Made by a program: the position numbers and the translations under genes. A stretch of DNA of 60,459 nt, counting the filler. It is 5 parts of 5 records of this genome, joined end to end, with 100 filler letters (N's around TTAATTAATTAA, not from the genome) between each part and the next. Parts side by side here need not be neighbours in the genome. Positions count along the whole stretch, not along the records: positions 6,157 to 14,054 come from SRR2962707_906; positions 14,155 to 45,249 come from SRR2962707_907; 3 more parts are not named here. One strand, written 5' to 3'. Shown in pieces: positions 12,063 to 21,147 of the stretch (its first letter is position 1; each line of letters starts with the position of its first letter). The notes under the pieces were generated by a model that searched no databases, had not been told where the DNA came from, and was given only the letters and a program-made list of their open reading frames with translations.

Positions 12063-12443
12063 ATGGTACGAATAGTCAGTTACAAAAAAAGAGAGTCAAA
12101 CGATGGAGAAGAGTTCTTTATTTTAATCGTTCAAGGTGGAATTGAAATGATTAAAAGTGAAGAGTCAGGAAACTATTATGCAACAGCTAGAAAGGCTTCA
12201 ATAGCCTCTACATTTGACGAGGAAACATGCAAACATCTAATTGGTCAAGAACTTCCAGGAGAAGTAAAGAGAGTGGCTTGTGAGCCTTATGATTACACAA
12301 TTGAAGAGACTAATGAAATCATAGAGTTGGCTCATAAATACGTGTATGAAATTGAAGATGAAAAATCAATGATTAGCAAAGAGAAGTCTGTAAAAGCAGA
12401 TGTTTCAACATTTTCAAGTAATGGGGTGCTGGAACATGCATAG
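12063..12443 (+). CDS. Conserved Bacteroidota mobile-element hypothetical protein (possible OB-fold ssDNA-binding protein)
   Basis: MVRIVSYKKRES.DGEEFFILIVQGGIEM..SGNYYATARKASI.STFDE is beta-rich with an acidic tail; ATG at 12063 preferred over the upstream GTG. Confidence 0.6.
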   Translation: MVRIVSYKKRESNDGEEFFILIVQGGIEMIKSEESGNYYATARKASIASTFDEETCKHLIGQELPGEVKRVACEPYDYTIEETNEIIELAHKYVYEIEDEKSMISKEKSVKADVSTFSSNGVLEHA

Positions 12444-12452
12444 AACAATTAC

Positions 12453-12476
12453 AGCCTTGGTTTAGCTACCAAGGCT
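12453..12476 (+). terminator. Hairpin (terminator or stability element) between the hypothetical gene and radC
   Basis: AGCCTTGGT-ttagct-ACCAAGGCT. Confidence 0.5.
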
Positions 12477-12490
12477 TAACTCTTTTGAAT

Positions 12491-12925
12491 ATGAAAATCA
12501 ATGAAATAAATGTTTCTTATAAAGGAAACAATATCAACGCTCCCATAATCAATGACAGCAAGTCAGCACACGCTAGTCTACTAGAATCATGGGATAATGG
12601 TAAAATTGAGATGCAAGAAGAGTTTAAGGTTCTTCTTTTAAAAAGAAATAATCAAGTAATAGGGGTCTACTCTTTGAGTAAAGGGGGATTACACGGAACT
12701 GTTATTGATTTCAAGTTATTATTCTCAGTGGCTCTTAAGTCACTAGCATCAAATATCATTTTAGCACACAATCATCCTTCAGGCAATCTATCACCAAGTC
12801 AAAACGATATTAGCAGTACAAAAAAGGCAGTTGAGATAGGGAACCTTCTAGGAATAGATGTCTTAGATCATATAATTATTACTAGAGGTGGTTATTTCAG
12901 TCTTGCAGAAAATGGATACATGTAA
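12491..12925 (+). CDS. radC: RadC-like JAB/MPN domain protein (short, mobile-element type)
   Basis: EEFKVLLL, ILAHNHPSG..PS..D and VLDHIII motifs. Confidence 0.92.
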   Translation: MKINEINVSYKGNNINAPIINDSKSAHASLLESWDNGKIEMQEEFKVLLLKRNNQVIGVYSLSKGGLHGTVIDFKLLFSVALKSLASNIILAHNHPSGNLSPSQNDISSTKKAVEIGNLLGIDVLDHIIITRGGYFSLAENGYM

Positions 12926-12996
12926 GACCGTAAAAGCATGGCAATTGCAAAGCGATGACACTGTCTTTAAAAGCTCCTAATTAATATTAATAGCTT

Positions 12997-13224
12997 TTAT
13001 TCATTTTCCAATTCGACTAATTCAGACAAAGCAATTCCTAGTTTATCAGAAATCTTCTTTAAAGTATAAATTGTTGGGTTTGTCCTTCCAGACTCAATTC
13101 TACTAAAGTTTGATTTCTCAATATTGCAATGCGCAGCAAGCTCATTCAATGCCATATTTCTATCTAACCTGAGCTTTCTAATTCTCTTTCCAATGGTGAT
13201 TTGAAGAAGCTCTTTGTCTGTCAT
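12997..13224 (-). CDS. XRE/Cro-C1 HTH transcriptional regulator
   Basis: IGKRIRKLR..LNELA..IEKSNFSRIESGRTNPTIYTLKKIS; ATG at 13224 is the likely start. Confidence 0.9.
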   Translation of the reverse strand: MTDKELLQITIGKRIRKLRLDRNMALNELAAHCNIEKSNFSRIESGRTNPTIYTLKKISDKLGIALSELVELENE

Positions 13225-13344
13225 TTGGGAAAAGGCAAAGAGCAAAAATTTTATAATAGCCAGCCTAAAGGTTATCATTTATGACCATCATTGACATATT
13301 GATTAAATTCACACTTGATGTTTAGTATCCGTAACTGAAAAAGT

Positions 13345-13581
13345 ATGATTTGGATTATCTCAATTCTTGCTCTTTTTCTAGTGGCAAGAGCTATTTATAG
13401 ATCAATAGGTCACTACCAGGTTTTTGTAAAATCCGAGGGCGACTTATTAGAGAATAGTGGGTGGCTACCAATGCACACAGGCACATATGGTAGTTGTGCT
13501 AAATATGTAAGCAATGCAAAAAGAGTTGGCTCAAGCCACCTTGGATTTAAGGAATCGTTTAAAATAAAGAGACTGAAATGA
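13345..13581 (+). CDS. Small hypothetical protein with N-terminal transmembrane helix
   Basis: MIWIISILALFLVARAIY hydrophobic start; ATGA overlap with the next ORF. Confidence 0.55.
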   Translation: MIWIISILALFLVARAIYRSIGHYQVFVKSEGDLLENSGWLPMHTGTYGSCAKYVSNAKRVGSSHLGFKESFKIKRLK

Positions 13582-13988
13582 AAAATTTTTTATACCCAAT
13601 ACTAATAATTCCATACCTAGCTATAGGTCAAAACCTTGTTCAATTTTCAACCACGCACAAAATAATTAATGATGATTCAATGGTAGAAAGTCCTTTCTTC
13701 GTGGTACTTAATGAAGATGAGGGTTACTTGTATTTAAAGGACTTGACCAGTGGTATTGGGACAAAATACATTAATGTTGTTTATGATACTCTTTTAAGGA
13801 ATCAAAACGACTACATATTTTTATACTATAAAACTGATCCTGAAATAAAGACTGAGAATCAAAATCGGCTCTTATCATTCTCAATAATTACAGATTCTAC
13901 AGGAAAAAACATACTGAGTACAAAAATCAAAACCGAGAAGGAGAACTTATTCCTAGTAACCTCACTAGGAATGACTATCTATGATTAG
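13578..13988 (+). CDS. Hypothetical secreted protein
   Basis: MKNFLYPILIIPYLAIG-Q signal-peptide-like N-terminus; +1 Gln is typical of Bacteroidota. Confidence 0.55.
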   Translation: MKNFLYPILIIPYLAIGQNLVQFSTTHKIINDDSMVESPFFVVLNEDEGYLYLKDLTSGIGTKYINVVYDTLLRNQNDYIFLYYKTDPEIKTENQNRLLSFSIITDSTGKNILSTKIKTEKENLFLVTSLGMTIYD

Positions 13989-13994
13989 AACAGT

Positions 13995-14016
13995 GGGTTA
14001 AACATTGGTACAACAT
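13995..14016 (+). repeat. 11-bp tandem direct repeat, right end (candidate integrase arm-type sites)
   Basis: GGGTTAAACAT TGGTACAACAT; same consensus and orientation as 6243-6264. Confidence 0.6.
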
Positions 14017-14054
14017 CTAAGGCAAGAAGTGCTATTAAGTATCAAAAAGATCGG

Positions 14055-14154
14055 NNNNNNNNNNNNNNNNNNNNNNNNNNNNNNNNNNNNNNNNNNNNTT
14101 AATTAATTAANNNNNNNNNNNNNNNNNNNNNNNNNNNNNNNNNNNNNNNNNNNN
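14055..14154. other. Artificial contig spacer
   Basis: N-run with TTAATTAATTAA. Confidence 0.98.
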
Positions 14155-15117
14155 TTCCCACATGATCCACTGTGCCATGCCATTTACACGCAACGACAAA
14201 CTCACCGCTATGGCAATCGCCCCCACGCTAATCTGCCCGTAGGTCCACAACAAAATGGCGACCCCAGCCACACTAAACGCCAGCAAATAGTTACACACTT
14301 GAACGCCAACATTGAGCCCAGTCACCAAACGCATTTGTTGGTGTACCGTTTTTAAAAAGCCATCCATGCCTTCTTTGGCGTAACTGGCTTCACGCTGAGT
14401 GTGAGAAAACAGCTTTACCGTGGAAACGTTAGTGTAACTGTCCACAATGCGGCCTGTCATGGTGGAGCGAGCGTCGGCCTGCTTGGTGGACACACGCTTC
14501 AACTTTGGTACGAAATAAAATTGCAGGGCGATGTAAATGCCCAACCACACCAACATTGGCAGCATCAATCGATAGTCGGCTTTGGCAATCAGCACCAACA
14601 TGGAAGCAAAATAGACGACGATATAAACCAACACATCCAGCAGCTTCATCACGCTTTCGCGCACAGCCAATGAGGTTTGCATCACTTTGGTGGCAACGCG
14701 ACCCGCAAAATCGTCTTGGAAAAACGTGACACTTTGTTTGAGAACATAGCGGTGCGCCAACCAGCGAATGCGCATTGGGTAATTGCCCAACAAGGTTTGA
14801 TGAATAATGGCGGAGTGTAAAAATGTGACCAAAGGCATCACTAACAATACGATTAATGCCATGCCAAGTAAGCGTCCGCCTTCTTCTGATAAAAAGGTCG
14901 TAGGGTCTTTTGTCACCAACCAATCCACCAGCTGCCCCATAAAACTGAATAGGGTCACTTCCAGCATGGCAATCAAAGCGGTCAGCAATGACATCAGAAT
15001 TAAAGGGACTTCAACGCCTTTTGAATAGTATCGGCAAAACGCATACAGCGTATTGGGCGCCTGCGCTGGCTCAGTCGTAGGATAAGCCTCTATCCAGCGT
15101 TCGAAAAACCGTAACAT
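14155..15117 (-). CDS. ABC exporter, fused permease/ATPase type (N-terminal TMD only; truncated by contig end)
   Basis: Multiple TM helices; FFQDDFAGRVATK, GRIVDSYTNV.TVKLF. Confidence 0.88.
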
Positions 15118-15400
15118 AACATTCCTTAGTAATCAGAAAATCGTCTACAAACCTTTATATCAAGGGCGCTATCGCAGATTAGCGAGAAAGCGTGACCTAG
15201 ACTCAATGATGGATGAGCGAATCATACCGAAAGCCCCTTTGTAAAGCGCAGCAGGAAAGAAATAATCCGTCGGCTTTCCTAGTGTTTGCACAATTCAAGA
15301 GCATTAGATGCGAATAAGTGATTATAATTATTAAACCTTTGCTTGACGTATTTTAACCAATTCGCCTTGAGTCACTAACCCCATACTTTGTTGCGCCTAT

Positions 15401-16597
15401 ATGAAGCTGACTTTTCCTATCATTCTTGTACTTGGCTTATTATCCGGCTTGACACCGCTTGCCATAGACGCCTATTTACCGAGTATTCCTTCGATTGCAA
15501 AGGACTTAAATACTGACATTGGGTTGGTACAAATGACCCTTAGCATGTATTTGATTGTGTTTGCTGTCTTGCAGCTCTTCTTTGGCCCGATTTCTGATGC
15601 CATTGGGCGTCGCAAAGTCGTGTTAAGCGGTCTTGGTCTTTTTTTTCTAGGCAGTGTTATCTGCGCTTGCGCACCAAATTACGACATGCTGATCCTGGGT
15701 CGAGCCATTCAAGCCGTTGGTGGCGCCGCGGTTGCCGTCAGCATTCCGGCGCTGGTCAAAGACAAGATGTCCACCAACCAGTTCGCCAAAGCCATGTCCA
15801 TGGTGATGCTTACCATGTCTCTGGCACCGCTTGCTGCTCCTATTATAGGGGGGGCAATTTTGGTGTTTTTAAATTGGCATTTCATCTTCGTTTTTCTGGC
15901 TTTGATTGCCGCAATTGGCGCCGTTTTGTTTATCAGAACCATTCCTGAAACCCTGCACAAGGATCACCGTAAAAAACTGTCCTTAACTGGGGCGTTAGCC
16001 AACTACTATACCTTACTTAAAAACCCAGCGGTCATGGGGTACATTGCAGCAGGTTCCTTCCACTTTGCTGGCATGATGTGTTTTATCACGGGCTCTTCTT
16101 ATGTCTACATCGAATTGTATGGCATTCAACCGTCTCATTTTGGCTTTATTTTTGCGCTCAATGTCATCGGCATGATGACGGCCACCACCATCAATAGCCG
16201 TCTCGTGGAAAAGCTGGGGGTTGATACGCTCACCAAATACGCCATTGCTATTTTGCTATGCGCTTCTATTAGCATGATTATCATCGCCTGCTTCAATCAA
16301 CCGGCGTTTCCCTTCATTGTTATTAGCTGCATCTTTTTCATGGGAACAATGGGCATATTGGGCGGTGGTTTTATGGCGGGCGCAATGCGTAACGCCGGCA
16401 ATCATAATGGCAGCGTGGCAGCGCTCGCCGGTTCCTTTCGTTTTTCTTCAGGGGCATTAAGCGGTGTGGCCGTGAGCCTATTCCATACAGGCACAGCCAC
16501 CCCCATGCTCCTAATCATGGCTCTGTGTGGCATTCTTTCTTTTGTCACTTACCAATTTGTCACGCATAAATTTGAGCCCGATGAAAACAAACATTAA
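15401..16597 (+). CDS. Bcr/CflA-family MFS multidrug efflux transporter
   Basis: PLAIDAYLPSIP, GPISDAIGRR, LAPLAAPIIGG, about 12 TMs. Confidence 0.92.
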   Translation: MKLTFPIILVLGLLSGLTPLAIDAYLPSIPSIAKDLNTDIGLVQMTLSMYLIVFAVLQLFFGPISDAIGRRKVVLSGLGLFFLGSVICACAPNYDMLILGRAIQAVGGAAVAVSIPALVKDKMSTNQFAKAMSMVMLTMSLAPLAAPIIGGAILVFLNWHFIFVFLALIAAIGAVLFIRTIPETLHKDHRKKLSLTGALANYYTLLKNPAVMGYIAAGSFHFAGMMCFITGSSYVYIELYGIQPSHFGFIFALNVIGMMTATTINSRLVEKLGVDTLTKYAIAILLCASISMIIIACFNQPAFPFIVISCIFFMGTMGILGGGFMAGAMRNAGNHNGSVAALAGSFRFSSGALSGVAVSLFHTGTATPMLLIMALCGILSFVTYQFVTHKFEPDENKH

Positions 16598-16669
16598 CGT
16601 TTTTGGTCATTTATGCCCCTTTTCACTCAACCTTGATCGTATTTTTTGATCCCCCATAATGGAGATTCC

Positions 16670-17020
16670 ATGCTAAACAGCGACACTCTAGTAGCAAAAC
16701 TAAAAAGCACGCCACAAGACGTTCAATTTAAAGAGGTTATCGGTGTTATCGAAGCCGAGTATGATTTTACGCCGACTGCGTTTTCGAATGGCCAACAAAA
16801 CAATGGCATCAATGAAAACAACGGTTCCTGCAAAATATTTTCATTTGCCGCCTTACAGCAGCTTAACGAAGAAGAAACACTGCACTTGTTCGGCAACTTT
16901 TACCGTGTGGATGTGTTGGAAAACCCCGATGCCAATGACCATCAAAACATTCGCCAGTTTATGATCTCTGGCTGGAAAGGCATTCAATTTCAATCGCCTG
17001 CCCTTACCAAGAAAGCCTAA
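16670..17020 (+). CDS. HopJ-family domain protein
   Basis: YDFTPTAFSNG..N..GSCKIFSFA..LFG.FYR.DVL..P...DHQNIRQF; GGAG RBS before ATG 16670. Confidence 0.88.
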   Translation: MLNSDTLVAKLKSTPQDVQFKEVIGVIEAEYDFTPTAFSNGQQNNGINENNGSCKIFSFAALQQLNEEETLHLFGNFYRVDVLENPDANDHQNIRQFMISGWKGIQFQSPALTKKA

Positions 17021-17024
17021 TAAA

Positions 17025-17058
17025 AAAGCAGACTAGTCGATCTAGATTAGTCTGCTTT
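17025..17058 (+). terminator. Intrinsic terminator-like hairpin
   Basis: AAAGCAGACTAGTC-gatcta-GATTAGTCTGCTTT. Confidence 0.75.
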
Positions 17059-17132
17059 GTCCTCTCCTTCTTATCACTTCCTTAGTAAGACAAAGTACGC
17101 TAGTGTTATGCCGACTTAAGGGTGAGGTAGTT

Positions 17133-17954
17133 ATGGACTTATTAGCATTTGATTTAGACGGCACCTTATTAAACCGTCAGCAGCGTCTTTCAGAATACAC
17201 TTGTGACACACTAAGGCGTTTAGATGCGGCAGGCATTGCCTATACGGTCGCCACTGGAAGAACCCATTTTGCTGCAAAAGCGTGCATCGCAGGCCACGAT
17301 TTCCCCCATTGGCAGATATTTAAAAATGGCGTGGAATGGTGGAACCCGAGTGACAATTCTTATCGCCATCGTAATTTTCTAACCCCAGATCTGATCACAG
17401 AGACCCTCTTGGCTTTTGCCGATCATGAGGTGACGCCGTTTGTTTTTTGTCTGGATCAAGATGGCTCCCATAAAGTCTATCATGCCCCTTTAAATGGAAA
17501 CTTGAGCGACCACATTGCTAACGAGCTAGGGTCTCATGACCTACTGAGTCTACACCCCATTGAGGAATTGTCCCCTCATGCGGTTATCACCAACATCAGC
17601 GCCATGGGCAAACCAGAACTGGTTGAAAGCTTAGTGGCTTCCTGCCAGCAGCACACCCACTTAACCGCCTATTCAGGTGGCGGGATTTACACACCTGATG
17701 CCTATTGGCTCGACATTCACCATAGCAATGCCTGCAAAGGTTCCTCTTTAATGGAACTAAAAGCAGAAATGGGTGCCGAACGAGTGATCGTATTTGGCGA
17801 TGGCGACAACGACCTGTCTATGTTTGATACATCCGACGAGGCTTTTGCCACGCAAAACGCCTTGGATCACGTAAAAGAGGCGGCGACGGATGTTATTGGC
17901 CATCATGATGAAGATGGCGTCGCCCGTTATCTACGAAAACGGTACGACCTGTAA
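17133..17954 (+). CDS. Cof-type HAD phosphatase
   Basis: FDLDGTLL, ATGR, KG and FGDGDND motifs; GAGG RBS. Confidence 0.92.
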   Translation: MDLLAFDLDGTLLNRQQRLSEYTCDTLRRLDAAGIAYTVATGRTHFAAKACIAGHDFPHWQIFKNGVEWWNPSDNSYRHRNFLTPDLITETLLAFADHEVTPFVFCLDQDGSHKVYHAPLNGNLSDHIANELGSHDLLSLHPIEELSPHAVITNISAMGKPELVESLVASCQQHTHLTAYSGGGIYTPDAYWLDIHHSNACKGSSLMELKAEMGAERVIVFGDGDNDLSMFDTSDEAFATQNALDHVKEAATDVIGHHDEDGVARYLRKRYDL

Positions 17955-18134
17955 GGCATTCACCTTTCTCAGTCATTTCTAAGGAAGGAAAGCGCCCATA
18001 ATGGGACTAAAAAGCCCATAAGGCTTGTGATATAGAAAAGCACCCCCATTTACTTAAATACACTAAAATGGCCTTTACCCTGTCCTTATAATGGCTCATG
18101 ATAGGCTCAAGAAGAATAAGTTTGGAGAGACACT

Positions 18135-18296
18135 ATGTTTGAATTTTTACTATTTGTTTCTGCTTGTGCTGTTATCGCCGTGCTAGCAAGCAATATTCAA
18201 AAGATCGCCTCTCAACCAAAGGTGAAATTGCAACCGATTAAAATTGAGCGTGAAACACCTCGTAAGAAAGCGCCCGCTCACCGTCGCCCATATTAA
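18135..18296 (+). CDS. 53-aa small membrane protein (not in ORF track)
   Basis: GGAG RBS at 18124-18127; MFEFLLFVSACAVIAVLASNIQKIASQPKVKLQPIKIERETPRKKAPAHRRPY; followed by a terminator. Confidence 0.7.
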   Translation: MFEFLLFVSACAVIAVLASNIQKIASQPKVKLQPIKIERETPRKKAPAHRRPY

Positions 18297-18316
18297 GACT
18301 TGCTCTTAACTAAACT

Positions 18317-18348
18317 AAGCCACTGATCATTTGATAGGTGGCTTTTTT
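18317..18348 (+). terminator. Intrinsic terminator
   Basis: AAGCCAC..GTGGCTT followed by TTTT. Confidence 0.7.
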
Positions 18349-18359
18349 ATGCGCACGAC

Positions 18360-19850
18360 TCAACCAATACCGTATTCTTTCAGCTTATTAGCAATCGCGC
18401 TGTGACTGACGCCAACCGCTTTCGCCAGCCGTCTGGTACTTGGGTGCTTGGGATACAGTGTTTTAAGCAAAGCCGCCTCAAACTGCTTCATCGTTTTCTC
18501 TAATGAATCTTCCACTAACACCAAAGGCCGCGCCTCATCGTCTTTTGGCAAACTAATATCTTCTGGCTGCCATTCTTTTTTGTTCAAACTCAATGTCTGC
18601 AGACACACATTTTGCAGCTCTTTCAGATTACCCGGCCAAGAATAAAGCGACAGTTTCAGCAAGGCGCCTTTTGATATGGTTGGCAAGATCACACCGTAGC
18701 GCTCGGTATACGCAAGCAAGGTTTGATGAATCAAACCGGCCAAATCTTCACGTCGCTCTCTAACAGAGGGCACGCGTAAAAATAAACTCGATAGCGCGAA
18801 GTACAAGGTCTTATTTAACCCATGTTCTGCCGTCAGTCTTGATTCTGAGTGGGTTGTTAACGACACCACCCGACACAGAGATTCAAAACTTGTCGAAAAT
18901 TCTGGCCTTCGTGTTAACCAATTTGCCAGCGCCACCTGAGTATCCGCAGGCAGATACTCTATTTCTTCAATCACCAGCCAACCATTAAAGTGGCCTAACT
19001 TCTTCACATCCGCTACGCCGATATCGCGAGCATGACGAATAATAAGTTGCCCCGATTGGTCGAATTGAAGCCCTTGCCAGTGTTGAAACAGGGCTTGCAC
19101 CAAATCTCGCTTGCCACTGCCTGCCTCCCCTTCAATAAGCAAAGGCTCTATTCGATTTACAAAGGCTTTTGCGCGCTGCAACATATTTTGCATTGCCACA
19201 CTTTGACTCACTTCGGCGTGAAAATATTGCGCCAGATCGCTCTCGGCATTGGGAGCCTGCTTGAAATTAGCCGCCTGACGATTCAATCGCGCTTGCGATT
19301 TTAAATGAATAACGCTGCCCGCAGGGTTTGATTTGCCACATTCATCGGGCACAAAAATAGGCTTCATTTCCAGCAATAGGGCTTTGTTACGGATGCGAAT
19401 GCGCTTACTCACCCCATTCACTATGTCATCCCAAGTCACCTTGGCAAAACTCACCCCTTTAATAAACTGCTGCAAAGGACGATAGAGCAATTCTGCGATG
19501 GGCACGCCTAAGTCTTGTGCCGCAAGGTCCGTTGCCATGGTAATGGTGCCCTTCAAATCCACGGCAATCACGCCGTCTGGCAGGGCTTCTAATAAGGTAT
19601 ACAGCGCATTGTGCTCTCGCTCGGAAGGCGTAAACACCACCCGTTTTACGTCTTTTACCCCGTCTAAGCGACGCAGTTCACCCAGCAATTGCTGCAACTT
19701 TGCAAACTCAATATCTGGAAAACCACAATAGACACAATGGTTTTTGGTGTCTGCTTCAATTAATCGGATGTCTATCTGGTGAGGGACAAACAGATCCAGC
19801 ACTTCTCGCACCATACCGATTCTGTCTTCACACTGTATTTCTAATCTCAT
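18360..19850 (-). CDS. TyrR/PhhR-family regulator (ACT-PAS-degenerate AAA-HTH)
   Basis: MRLEIQCEDRIGM ACT start, PSEREH, GEAGSGK, YSWPGNLKEL, PSTRRLAK.VGVSHSAIANKLKEYG. Confidence 0.88.
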   Translation of the reverse strand: MRLEIQCEDRIGMVREVLDLFVPHQIDIRLIEADTKNHCVYCGFPDIEFAKLQQLLGELRRLDGVKDVKRVVFTPSEREHNALYTLLEALPDGVIAVDLKGTITMATDLAAQDLGVPIAELLYRPLQQFIKGVSFAKVTWDDIVNGVSKRIRIRNKALLLEMKPIFVPDECGKSNPAGSVIHLKSQARLNRQAANFKQAPNAESDLAQYFHAEVSQSVAMQNMLQRAKAFVNRIEPLLIEGEAGSGKRDLVQALFQHWQGLQFDQSGQLIIRHARDIGVADVKKLGHFNGWLVIEEIEYLPADTQVALANWLTRRPEFSTSFESLCRVVSLTTHSESRLTAEHGLNKTLYFALSSLFLRVPSVRERREDLAGLIHQTLLAYTERYGVILPTISKGALLKLSLYSWPGNLKELQNVCLQTLSLNKKEWQPEDISLPKDDEARPLVLVEDSLEKTMKQFEAALLKTLYPKHPSTRRLAKAVGVSHSAIANKLKEYGIG

Positions 19851-19884
19851 GATCTGCCCCTGATAAACAAGCCGATGAATGACG

Positions 19885-21102
19885 TCATAGTGACTGCTTG
19901 GTTGACTGAGAAGAAGCCAATAATAACAACTCTCGTTGTGGCGCGAAGGTTTCGTAAAGTGGCAATACCGCCGCCCCGAGTGTCACGGCGGCATCATCTG
20001 CATGGGCCGAACAAATATCCGGTACTGGCAACACACTCTGCTGCGCCAAGATTTTCTGCACGGCACCAATCAGCATCGACTGTACTACATTCGGCAAGCG
20101 CCCACCGATCACTATGGCTTCTGGGTCATATAAGGCAATCACAGCACTCAAGGCTGGCTGAATCTCAAACGCCACTTCTTGCGACCACTGATCAATCATT
20201 TGTCGGTATTCCTGTCGCTGCCAGTCTCCAGCAAGCTCCGGCCACGCCAACGAGTGCAGTGCAAAGTAACGCGTTAAGGAGGAAACCGATAACGCTTCTA
20301 ATATCCAGCGTCCGTGTTTTCCGGTTGCAGTAGGAATCAACCCAAAGCTGCCCGCTTTACCGTGCGCCCCTGTGTAACACTCTCCATCCGCCACCACACT
20401 GCCACCACAGGCAATACTGACAAACAAATAGAAGAAGTGCTTTCGTGGTGCTGTCGAAGCAAACAAAAGCTCGCTGGTGGCCGCTGCCACGGCGTCATTT
20501 TCTGTGTAGCAAGGCAAACCGGTTTGCTCTGAAAGCCATGTTTCAAAGGCAGACGATTGCCAATAGGTTAACTCGGCCTGTAATCCTGCCAGATCAGAGC
20601 GCTGCTCAGCGTCCGTCACCAACGAATCAAGCCAGGCATCCATATAATCTGGTTTCGCTAGACCAACCCCTTGTACTTTCGCCCAATCACCTTGCAAGCG
20701 TACTTTCACTTCGCTAAGCAATGTTTGGGCAATCTCTTTCGCCATTTGCTCTGTTGGAAAGGACACTTGCTGCTCAAGAGAAACAACACAATGACCACTA
20801 AAATCAAGCAAGGCTGCGCTAATACGATCACGGTCTACATTAATGCCAAGCCCATAAGCCCCTTGATGATTCAAACTTAATTGCACTGATGGCTGACCTC
20901 GACGACCTCTTACTTTGCCATCAATTTTCAACAAATCACGCTCAAGAAGTGAAGAGGTAATAACAGAAATGGTCTGCGCGCTTAGCCCTGTTTGCTGCGC
21001 AATGTTACTTCGCGACACGCCCGGTGTTTGGCGAACTAATTGAAGAATGATACGTTCATTGTAAATACGACTTTGTTCTGAGGTGCTACCCGACGATTTC
21101 AT
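19885..21102 (-). CDS. ROK-family transcriptional regulator
   Basis: N-terminal HTH (SRSNIAQQTGLSAQTIS), RGRRGQP, ENDAVAAA, G.HGKAG. Confidence 0.9.
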   Translation of the reverse strand: MKSSGSTSEQSRIYNERIILQLVRQTPGVSRSNIAQQTGLSAQTISVITSSLLERDLLKIDGKVRGRRGQPSVQLSLNHQGAYGLGINVDRDRISAALLDFSGHCVVSLEQQVSFPTEQMAKEIAQTLLSEVKVRLQGDWAKVQGVGLAKPDYMDAWLDSLVTDAEQRSDLAGLQAELTYWQSSAFETWLSEQTGLPCYTENDAVAAATSELLFASTAPRKHFFYLFVSIACGGSVVADGECYTGAHGKAGSFGLIPTATGKHGRWILEALSVSSLTRYFALHSLAWPELAGDWQRQEYRQMIDQWSQEVAFEIQPALSAVIALYDPEAIVIGGRLPNVVQSMLIGAVQKILAQQSVLPVPDICSAHADDAAVTLGAAVLPLYETFAPQRELLLLASSQSTKQSL

Positions 21103-21147
21103 ACGTGACTGCTCTGCTATGAAGGCTGTAAACTAGCGATTTCTTTT

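Larger units (their letters stand above)
6157..14054. mobile_element. tRNA-targeting integrative element (Xis-Rep-Int plus cargo), Bacteroidota-like, ~7.9 kb
   Basis: Begins at a tRNA 3' end; carries HTH excisionase, Rep and tyrosine integrase; related 11-bp tandem repeats near both ends; uniformly AT-rich. Confidence 0.85.

Noticed and set aside
6157-14054. Filamentous prophage (inovirus) interpretation
   Set aside because: A rolling-circle Rep, a possible SSB and small membrane ORFs are present, but there is no Zot/pI-like ATPase or coat-gene array
16670-17020. HopJ as evidence of a type III secretion effector
   Set aside because: The family is widespread in non-pathogenic marine bacteria and no T3SS genes are nearby
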